Source: Paragordius varius (lineage: Eukaryota; Animalia; Nematomorpha). From it: a stretch of DNA of 64,000 nt. Every line of letters begins with the position of its first letter. Positions within the stretch are counted from its first letter, which is position 1. Below are positions 27,401-38,300 of the stretch, piece by piece. Below the pieces are notes generated by a model. That model was not told the DNA's origin, searched no databases, and worked only from the letters and a program-made list of their open reading frames with translations. The stretch spans positions 10,974,001 to 11,038,000 of the forward strand of contig OZ176053.1 of the NCBI GenBank assembly GCA_964247055.1, read 5' to 3'. The position numbers were made by a program, and so were the translations under genes.

Positions 27401-29013
27401 CGTGCTTATTATTATTCTTTGATGATATAATCAGGTAGTCACCAAAAAATTTTAAGGGTTCAAAAAAATTAAATTTCAATGGCGGTGCATTATGTAATAC
27501 GGATAAAAATTTATAGTTGTCACTTGCACATTTTTTTATAATTAAAAAATAAATAAATGATACATGGTTATAAAAAACTTTGAGAGCCGCATGCAGCGCG
27601 TAAGCGGCGGTTTACCATTGATATAACATAAAAACAACTAATATTGTTGATTGGTAAAATTGAGCAGATTTTACCGAAAATACCAAAAACGCTTGAATAA
27701 AATTTAGAAATGTAAATTTTGACGCGCAATCCTACTACTTTGATCATAAGAAACTAGCTCATTTTACGGTCAAAAATTGTTAAATTTGTTGACTTAATTA
27801 TAAATATATTTTATATATATTATGATATAGTTGATATTTTTGGAATTTAATTTATATTTAAAAAATATTTTAATATAATGTGCGTTATATTTGTAACTTT
27901 TTGACGTGGAGGGATCAGTGGAAAAACGGTCTTAAAACGAATGATACCCAAAATAAAATGCACCACTGATTATCATGACACATATTTCATAACGTATATT
28001 ATGCATCATAAATTGAGCTTAGACAAAAGAGTTCTTATTTTCAGTTTTATGATTTTTAGTTCATAAGCCATTTAACCCATATAATGCAAAAGGCTGAGTT
28101 TAAAATTAATAAATATTCAATATTAGCCATCAATAATTGTTTCGCTTTTAGGGTGTTTATTTAACCGATTTCAAATTTTTATCATAAAATTATATATTTA
28201 TGACTAATAAAAATATACCTATAAAAAATTTTAAAGGTGTGCCAAGATATTTATTTTGTTAGAATAGCCGTCTATGCAATATATAGATGTTTGCACATTT
28301 TCACTTAATTACACTAAAATAAGTAAAATAAAAATTTATTAAATAAATAATTTAGGGCTTCAAAAAAGAACATAGGGCTGCATCCCCATGGGCCGCCATT
28401 TGATTAATGTTCCGAAGCGTACACAATTTAACTTATTTTTAAACAATCCCTAATTGGGTTTTTCTTAATTGCTAAAAATGTTTAATATCAAAATATAATT
28501 TAAATTTTTAAATTTGTTAACTTTAAATTTTACTTAACAAATTTTGACATTTATTTCAGCTGTTTGTTTCAATTAGGTTCAAATACCCAAATTTGGAGAA
28601 GTTTTTATAAAATGATTTTTTTAATTTATATTAAAACTTTTGTATAATTACCCTTTAATTATATATTTACAACTCTACGAATTCAAAAAACAACCAAAAT
28701 AGATTATAATCTTTCGAAAATATTTGGCGGGTAAGATAAAGTGAAGATATAGGAATAGACTATTAAATGCAAAGTTTAAATTTGGCGATATATCACAGAT
28801 TAAATTATATTTGATATCCACCTGAGAAAAATTATCCTAAATTCAAAACCCAAAAAAGTTAATTTTGTAATTATAATAAAATAATATATATATTTGTAAA
28901 GAAATACGCAATTTTATTTGTAAAAAATAAAAAATATAATTGTTTTTAGCATGCTGATACAGTTATTTCACTAATCAAACTGATTATCACATGCAGGCGA
29001 ACGGATTGGTACC

Positions 29014-30762
29014 ATGAATCTCATATTTGAATATAAAAAACTTTTTTTCTTTTTACTAACTTTTATTATAATTTATTTTCTCTATACAAATTTTCCATTA
29101 AATTATAAGGTCATTCCCTATAATTTTTTTGTTGAAGAAAAGGATTTAAAATATTACTGTAATTTTAATCCAATCTCTCAGGATGATTTAGATGGTATAA
29201 TTTTCCAATATATTACTTTAGGGACCAAAATTTTTGGTTATGAATTGGTTGATACGCACACTATTTTAAGGCACGGTGATCGCATGTCTATAATGTTACC
29301 ATCAGAACTCGATAACCTTTATTTTAACGAACTAAAATATTTTAACTGTTATGGTAACTTAAATTCACAAAGTTTTGGAGATAACATTCATAATATTAAT
29401 CAAAATCTTAAATATATAAAGGCTGTTCACAAAAACTGTCCAGTTCCAGGAGACTTAACTAATATTGGTATATTGCAAAACATAAAAATCGGAAATTACT
29501 TTTCCAAATTGTATGGCAATTCTCATAACAATCAACATTTTAATTATACATTTCGTACAACAAAATTTACACGAACTTATTATGGGTTAATTGCAATTTT
29601 GTCTGTTATGTTATCAAACTCCAAAAAATACATCGACCAAATACGTTTTCATGAGTTGCATACTTTTTGCGACCTCAAAACGAACAAATTTTGCTATAAA
29701 TCAACAACAGAAAAGCTTTACAAAAAATTTAATCGAGATTGGGTAGCTTTTAAAAAGCATCCGTCTAGCTTTTATCAAAAATTTTTACAATCTGAAACAT
29801 TTATACGTTATAGACAAATCTTGTTCCCTGACCTCTTTAAGGATGAAATCAGGCCTAAAACGTTTTTTGATACACTAATACCACCCTTTTGTCGGTACTA
29901 TGCTCAAAAAGCGATTGATCAAGGTGCAATCTATGATACACCACAATTTTCTTCTGGAGTGTTTGGGGGACCAGTACTAAATAGTCTGCTTTGGACTTTT
30001 CGCTTTATTCAATCTTTTTATAATCGTGTGATACTTTTTCTACGATATCCAGATCGTAATAATGGAGTAGAGTTGTTTAAGCCATCTCTTTGTCGCCGCT
30101 CATTAATAAAATCAGGCAAAGAGGTGAAGTATGATTCACAAGTGTGTTTAAAACGCGAAGATATTAGGTCTCTAGTGCAAGCTATAAAATCGGAACATGA
30201 ATATACCATATATCATTCGGCTTTTCAAGCATTTAGTTATGACCAAATACGCATACTTCTCCAACACATTGTTAATTCTATGACCTCAAAATTAGATTCC
30301 ACCAATTCCGGTGTTGAACGAAACGTTGAAATATTTTCAGCCCATGATACCACATTATTACCATTGTTAACATTTTTTAACATGTTTTTGAATGTACCCG
30401 ATTTCCATTTAATCCCATACTCATCACGGTTAACGTTTGAATTATGGGTACCTCAAGGGAATTACCTATCCAACCCCAATAATAATTTTGTCTGTCATAA
30501 CATGATAAATGATGTTAAAAATTTTACCAATCATGATATCCTTACAAATTGGGCATTAGTCCGAATATTATATAATGGTCAAATTTTAACGCCAAAAACC
30601 TCACTTGTTAGATATAATACTATATGTCATCATAGTATTCATAATGCTAAACAAAATCAAATTGAAGGGACTTTATCATTGACACTATTCCAAAGAATGA
30701 TAATTAAACCTCATATATTTTTAAATGAAAAACTTGGAACCGTATTCAAAGATATTTATTAA
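29014..30762 (+). CDS. PXYLP1: Histidine acid phosphatase, 2-phosphoxylose phosphatase (PXYLP1/ACPL2)-like; single exon, N-terminal membrane anchor
   Basis: 582-aa ORF with a hydrophobic N-terminal segment (LFFFLLTFIIIYFLY), YELVDTHTILRHGDR (RHG motif), GDLTNIG, and FSAHDTTLLPLL (HD motif). Orthology versus other branch-2 acid phosphatases needs a phylogeny. Confidence 0.75.
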   Translation: MNLIFEYKKLFFFLLTFIIIYFLYTNFPLNYKVIPYNFFVEEKDLKYYCNFNPISQDDLDGIIFQYITLGTKIFGYELVDTHTILRHGDRMSIMLPSELDNLYFNELKYFNCYGNLNSQSFGDNIHNINQNLKYIKAVHKNCPVPGDLTNIGILQNIKIGNYFSKLYGNSHNNQHFNYTFRTTKFTRTYYGLIAILSVMLSNSKKYIDQIRFHELHTFCDLKTNKFCYKSTTEKLYKKFNRDWVAFKKHPSSFYQKFLQSETFIRYRQILFPDLFKDEIRPKTFFDTLIPPFCRYYAQKAIDQGAIYDTPQFSSGVFGGPVLNSLLWTFRFIQSFYNRVILFLRYPDRNNGVELFKPSLCRRSLIKSGKEVKYDSQVCLKREDIRSLVQAIKSEHEYTIYHSAFQAFSYDQIRILLQHIVNSMTSKLDSTNSGVERNVEIFSAHDTTLLPLLTFFNMFLNVPDFHLIPYSSRLTFELWVPQGNYLSNPNNNFVCHNMINDVKNFTNHDILTNWALVRILYNGQILTPKTSLVRYNTICHHSIHNAKQNQIEGTLSLTLFQRMIIKPHIFLNEKLGTVFKDIY

Positions 30763-31022
30763 ATTAGATTTACATGTAGATTATGTATCATTAATGAAAT
30801 TTATTTAATGTTTCAATGATCTGATCGCAATTTGAAGCAGTTCAACTTACAATGATTTTTTATTGAATTGCGTTGCCATTGAATAGATGAAATTTAATTA
30901 TACTAATGTGCTAACCTTTAGCCGTACTAAAAAATTGTTAATTTCAAAACAGACAATTATAAAAACATTTACTAAGGCCAACGGTAAGTTCGATTTGGCC
31001 TAAAATAATATTACAAGAATTA

Positions 31023-32305
31023 CACTAAACAACAAATTTTTCTGCCCTTCGAGACTTTTGCATTTTCTGATAATTACAATCATTTTATCAGTAAATCTAA
31101 ATAAAAATTAAAATTTCACCTAAGAATTTGTATATTTTTTGATTAATTTTAGTAAAAAAATTTTCTTTGAAAATATACAACAAATATCCATTTTTAAAAA
31201 AACATTTGAAAGAGTAATAAAAACTTTATAAAATGCATACTAGTAAGTTTTACATCGATAGTTAATATTATAGAAAGCGACAAACGCGCTAAGCGAGAGC
31301 ATTTTTCTTAATTAATGGGTCGAGTGATAAAAAAATTTTTTTGACTTGACTTGCAAGTTTTTCAAGTCAAGGCTTGCTTTCATGTGATAAAAAAATTTAA
31401 CATTACACGACTTAAGTCAAGCAAGAAAACTTGATTCGGAGGGGATAAAAATCATATGATCAAGTAAAACTTAAAGATTTTTCAAGTGTGGTGTAGGGCA
31501 CACTTGACAGATCTAAAAATATGGATACAATTATTTTGGAAACTATTTATGTTAACCTATTAATTGGGTGGATACAAAAGGGGATAAATTTATAGAAAAA
31601 CTCTGCTCCTATTTAAGTACATGGCATATAAAAATATGCTAAATATATCAATTCCGTAAACGAAAAAAAATGGATTCTCGAAAATTTCTTAAAATTAATA
31701 ATTAAATTTAAATCTTGTAAAATTTCAAATCATCGTTTATTAAATGCTAAAGGTTACTTCACTATCTAATGTAAAGAATTTATTTCATCATAAATTTATT
31801 TCGAATGTAAGGTTGATAATCAATTAAAATAAATATTATGTTATATTGTAATAAACATCCTCCAATTATATTTTCAAATGGACTCCAAACATAATGAGTA
31901 GTGTGGTAAAATAATAAAAGTGTTTAAAGGGCGAATGGTTCATCAAAAATTATTACCAGGCTTAATATTTAAAAACTCTATAATATTAAATAAGATACGT
32001 GCTAGTGAGTTTAAAAAACTTCAAAAAATGCATATTGTATTAATTGTTTTTTTGTGCCATACATTCAATTTTGGTTGATAATGATCAAAATAATTTACGT
32101 AAAATTCGAATTGGGTGGCAATAAAAATGTTACATTCATAAGCAAAAGACTTGACTTAAGTGTTTTTATCATCAATCTTCAAGTGTACACTTGCTGGCTT
32201 AAGTAAACTTGCTCAACTTGCCACGCTTGACTTACAAGTCAAGTGAGACTTTTTTATCACTCCACCCAATATATTAAAACTAATGGATGAAAATAGCTCA
32301 AACTT
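31023..32305. mobile_element. Truncated copy of the CACT/TTA element, opposite in orientation to the 35446-36536 copy and interrupted by a GGG-ended element
   Basis: Begins tta|CACTAAACAACAAATTTTTCTG. 31023-31312 and 32271-32305 are reverse-complement matches to 36536 down to ~36180. Confidence 0.75.
31317..32267. mobile_element. 951-bp non-autonomous TIR element with AAT TSD (PIF/Harbinger-ISL2EU-Spy superfamily-like)
   Basis: Flanks read aat|GGGTCGAGTGATAAAAA ... TTTTTATCACTCCACCC|aat (16/17 TIR match). Many subterminal ACTTGA/TCAAGT motifs occur at both ends. Confidence 0.8.
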
Positions 32306-32309
32306 TTTT

Positions 32310-35300
32310 ATTCGCTGTTTCAGACGGTACTGCATACAGTTCTTTCTTATAAAAAGTCAATATATTTCATGGCTTGTCAAATGATCAAGAAAATGAAAAA
32401 AAGGCTTTGATGCATAAATCAAACTAATTTTTTAAGAGCAAATAAATAATATAGATTTTTATTTACGTATGATGAATAAATAAGAATGTCAAACCATAAC
32501 TTTTTACGAAAAATAAAATTCTATCATATTTTTAAATTATATTTATAAAGAAAGCTATACTTTGTCACATGCTGCTCTCACCGTCGAAACAAGTATTGAA
32601 GAAAATAATTAATATACTAATAAATTTATTTAATTACTAAATTCAATTCAAGTCAAACTTTATTTCATTATTATTATTTGATACAATCACAATTGCTTGA
32701 ATTGCAAAATCAAATATATTCCTAGTTTTTTAATTTTTAATAGCTGCACATAAAGATTTGTAATAAAGCTTCCCGTTTTGATGATAACATTATTAATTGG
32801 TAAGGCATAAATTTCTGTTTTAATTGGATAATTGGTCAGTAGTCTTAATTAACAATGATGTTTAAATAGTTAACGTTGAACTTTCTCTTTGCGATTTTGT
32901 TTACGCATATGATGAATATACCGGATTTAATCTATTCCGAACCTTACGCTTTATTATTATAGGCTTTAACGTTCAATTTATGTGGTATGTTGAGAACGGC
33001 ATGTTTTTTTAATAACTTTGGCATATTTTCAGATAATTTTTTATAAGTAATAAAGAACGCTTTTTAAGGGCTTTTTGCATCCCGGGCTGACCATGATGAT
33101 GAAATATTGCGCAGTTTGTGTACATTATATTGTATTATAATTATCAACACCGATATGATGGTGCTTTAGTATAAAAATTATATATGTCCTATTTAAAATC
33201 TAAAATAATTAAAGTTAAATTTATGTTTAAACACATCCAGAAACAATTCTTTGTTTTAATTTATTGAGCTTCGTGTTCATTTTGATAGTGATAAAGATTA
33301 CGCGCATTAATATAATTTGTTCAAAACAAATCATTTTGTTTAAATTCCACCTAGTTTATCATGTATTATCTAATTAATTATATAATTAAAATATACGCAA
33401 CATTGATGATTCCTGCCTATTTAACTCAGTTTTCCCGGCCGGTTCTGTAACTACAAAATAAACAAAAGTTCGCATATTAAAGTTAAACTTAAATGTGTGC
33501 CCGGCATAATTTTTTTTAAAAGCAGTGTCTGATAATTCCGAAGCTTTAAACTATATTAGCAATTTATTAAAGCTTTTTCAATTGTAATAAAAGTTTTTAT
33601 CTAATATATAAATTAAATATATGCGGGTAAAAAGGTTCCTTCATTTAAACAAATGCAAGAATCGTTTTGAAATCGTTCTAATGATTTTTCTAACGTTTAA
33701 TGAATGATAAATTTTAGCGTAGAAGATTATTATCACGCAATCTCTGCCTTTTTGTTTATTTGAAAAAAAATGCCTACTTTTAAGAGAGAATCAAGATCAT
33801 CAAGGATTACATTTTAAAATTTGAATATACCTAGAACACATAAAAAATTCAAGTTGTTAACCAATTTTTTTAAATATCTTTATTTTATTTTGCCCTAATT
33901 TTATTCCACAATGAAAATAAATTTAATTTTGATAAACATTTTAAAGTTTATTATTTATTGATAAATATATAATTTAATCAACAATTGTTTTTTTGCAAAA
34001 ATCAAAGTTTATATAAATTAAGGTATAATGGGCATTATAGAGTACTTATTTTAAGAACATCCGCCGTTACTAATATTGTGAACTATATTTAATGACAAAA
34101 CCCAAAATATTTACAATGATGACCGTTTAGTAAAACTTAAATATCATATATAACATTAACGTCGGCAAATAGCTCAAAATAATTTAGTTAATCCATAATG
34201 TCATTGAATTCAGATTATTGTTTACATAGGCTCCCGGTGTGAAAATGTTTCTACACTTTGTAATTAATGTTAGTGAAAGGCGGGTTGGTTTTATGTGGAG
34301 TCAAATTATCCTTTAGTTAAACCTTTATCAGATTATTTTATATGTCTATTTATTAAGGTTTAACCGGTTTTTAAAAGAGTTCAAAAATGCAGGAAAAAAG
34401 CGGATGCAAAACAAAATGTTAGAGGATCATTTATACAATTACACAGATTCAACGACAAACATAAAAGGATTATGAAGACTACCTAAAAATGCCAAGAATA
34501 TGGAAAACAATAAGGTTTAAGGAACCAATATTCCAATCTAAATTCATAACCTAATCCCAATTATCAGCACAAAAGACTAAAGCGGAGAAATGAAAATTTT
34601 ATGCAAAGAAACAGAAGTAAAAGAAAATTGGAATTCGCCCAAAACTATGAGCAAACGAATTAGCTAAACCAATTTATAACAAGTCAACGGATTTGACAAT
34701 AACCTTATAATCATACGATCCATACATTTGGATGGAGTGCCTAAAGATTGAGTATCATCCGCATATTTTCTATTATACAAAGAAAACGCTTATATATTAA
34801 ATTGTCCCATCATAAGCCATGCTAGTTAGATTATATAACACTTCGAATATTAAGCAGTTGGAAATATTTACAAATCTATCGGTTTTTAAGGGATAAAAGT
34901 ATAAGCATTATATGAAAAAAAATTCAAACTTCCAGAGTGTACAATGCATGCCATTTATAGACTAAAGGCTCCAATTGTGCTACAGGAAGCTTCAAAGATT
35001 CAAGAGGTAGGTATAATTGCATTTTAATTATTATTTATATGCAAGATAGCGATAATTAGATACTAATAATTTGCTATCAACCAATTAATTGTAACATAAA
35101 ATGTGAATCTAACAATTTAATTGTCATAACCTCAACAATATTTTTTATAGCTACTAGGTATTGCGAGACCTTGTAAAAAAAGATTATCCTAAGAAGTGAT
35201 AACATTGGAAAACATTATAAAATTAATAATTATATATGATGGGACTTTCTGAATTTAAACGGACTAACACGTTTTTTGGAAAGTTTCAAACAACAATTCC

Positions 35301-38300
35301 TTTATATTTACATCGTAAGATATCAATCACAATTTTAGGACATCTATGCAGGAATAACGAAAATTACTTAATGAATTTAAAAAGACAATAAATACACAAA
35401 CTATATGGTATTAATTATTATTTTTATTGTAACAGCGGTATATTACACTAGACAACAAATATTACCTTTTTTAACAGACATTCTTGTAAATTTAAAATTT
35501 ATTTCATAAGTACATAATTAGATATCTGAAAAGAAAATTGGTCTAGCATGCAAACATTTTTTTATATTAGAGTTTATCGTAATTTTTGGCCCCGATTTAA
35601 CATTAAACTCAAAATTTCGAAAATTAAAAGTTTTAGATATGAAGCCATTTATTTTATATCATTCGAAAGAGCGCAAAAATCTGCATTTTTTAAATGGTAG
35701 TAAGTTATTTAAATCAATCGGATGTAAAAGTTATTTAGATTTAAATGGTCGAAATCTTCAATCCTTTAATAAGTCAAGCATTTTCACAGACAAACTAATT
35801 TGAAAATCATATAAATTATTTTAATATAATTTTTAGGATATTAGTATTTAATTAAAGAAAAATATTTGAAAAAGCTTTTGGTTTGCTTTTTTAAGTAAAA
35901 TTATTATTATCATAAATATTTTACCTAGTGGATACTATAGTTATAACTGTAAATTTATTCATAATGGCTATAAAAGATCAAAAATACCTTAACCTTTGTT
36001 TATATCTTTAAAATTTCTCAGCCTCGTAAAGAAAATAAATTAATATTGATGAGATGGTAATTTTTAAAAAACAAAAAACTTAAAAATGGCTGTTGAGTGA
36101 TATAAAAGCAATAAAACAAAGTTTTAATCAAAAAAATTTCTTGTGTTTATCTTTTTTGGACATTCATCAACATTTAAACAAAGTTTGAGCTATTTTCATC
36201 CATTAGTTTTAAAAATAATAATTAAAAAAAATGCTCTCGCTTCGCGCGTTTGTCGCTATTTGTGTTCATTATTAACTGTCGAAGTAATACATATTAGTAT
36301 GCATTTTATAGAGATTTTATTACTCTTTAATATTACAAATGGGCATTACTTGTATATTTTTAAAGTAAAACATTTTTTAGCAAAATTTTGATAAAGAGGG
36401 CGCATAATCAAAAATATCAAATCATACAAAATTCTTCCATCGAGTTATAATTTTTATTTCAGATTTACTGTTAAAATGATACTAAATATCAGAAAATGCA
36501 AAAAACTCGAGTGACAGAAAAATTTGTTGTTCAGTGTTATATTACAATAATGGGGAGACATGGTTAGTATAGCTAAAATCATTAACAATATAATTTTAAT
36601 AAAGCGGGTGGAACCGTGGTTTACTTTTGAGATTGATATTTGAGATGTGCAATATATGAATAATAATAGCAAAAACTAAATATTATATTTTTTGATTTAA
36701 ATAGTTAAATAAATATTTAATGTTTTATAGATGTGTGTTTTCCTCTCCAACGTCCAATCAATGCAACGCCAAATCTAAAATCCATTATAAAACAAAAAAA
36801 TGGATTAGATTTGGTAAAAAATATTTGTCACCTAATATATTAAAATCATCTTTTCAACTTTAAATATAATATAATTATTTTAATTAAAATAATGTATTAC
36901 TTTTGCCCATGGCTTCCCCAATCAAAGCATATTTTTGCCAGCGCTAAAAGAATCGCTTAAAAAAATTTGGGGTATTCCAAGTAATCGCGTTTTATTCGAT
37001 GGATTTATTATTGTCGATAATGATTCCTTTTTTAGGATTGCGTTTGGGTTTTCAATTATTCTATTTAAGGCATTCTCACTTTCACCTGTGTTTGCTTTTG
37101 CCATATTGTATATTCCAGATCTTATGATTTAATTCTCGGCCAATGTGGGATGAATTTCGTCTGTAAAATTGGTGGTTTGATCATGTTTATTAAGCTGAGT
37201 TCTTCAAGTCGGATTGAATGAACTTTTTTAGGACAACGTTTGGTTTGTCAATCATTCCATCTAACCCATTCTCACTTTCACATGTGTTTGCTTTTGCCAT
37301 ATTGTATATTCCAGATCTTAATTTAATTCCCGGTCAATGTGGATGAATTTAGTCCGTAAAATTGGTGGTTCGATCATGTTTTCCATGCTGAGTTCTTCAT
37401 GTCAGATCGAATGGACAAATTCATGCCACATTGGCCGAGAATTAAGTCAAGATCTGGAAAATACAATATGAAAAAGAAAATACATGTGAAAGTGAGAATG
37501 CTGGTGAAGGCATGATTGACAAATCAAAACGCAATCCTAAAATAAGGGATGATTATCAACAATAATAAATCCATCGAAAATAACATTCCAATTACTTGGA
37601 ATTAACGCAATTTTTTTTAAGCGATACTTTATTTTACGTAAGCGCTGGCAAAAAAATGCTTTGATTGGGGAAGCCATGTTTATTATTTAAAAAATTATAT
37701 TACAGTTAAAGTTGAAAAAATTAATACCAAATCTAATCCATTTTTTGTTTTACAATGGATTTATTTGGCGTTGCATTGATTGGACGTTGGAGAGGAAAGC
37801 ACACATTTATAAAACATTAAATATTTATTTAACTATTTATATCTTAAAATATATTATTTGAAATGTTTTTGCGTTTATTATTATTATTCTCCTCATATAT
37901 TGTACATCTCGATTATCAATCTCAAAAGTGAACCACGGTTCCATCCATGCCTTGCTAAAATTATATTCTTAATGATTTCAACTATACTAACCCTGTCTTC
38001 CCATTGTTGTGATATATTATACCGCTGTTTCAATAAAAATAATAAATAATATTTTTTATATCTATTGTCTTTTTACATTCAAAAAGTTATTTTTTGTTTA
38101 CATTTTTTGGCTTCCTGCATTATAGATATCTTAAAATTGTGATGTAAATACAAAGGAATTGTTGTATTGAAACTTTCCAAAAAACGTGTTGGTCTGTTCA
38201 AATGCAAGAAAGGCCCAACATATATAATTAATAATTTTTAAAATGATATTTTTCCATCGTTATCACTTGTTGTTATGATATTTTTTACTAAATCGGTTAT

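Noticed and set aside
30018-30209. Minus-strand ORF inside the phosphatase gene (likewise 57968-58264 + inside lipase 2)
   Set aside because: Antisense shadows of real coding exons.
36143-38049. ORFs at 36143, 36454, 36922, 36935 and 37858
   Set aside because: They lie in the CACT element or the palindrome arms. The mirrored similarity of 36454(-) and 37858(+) reflects the DNA palindrome, and the frames are not conserved.
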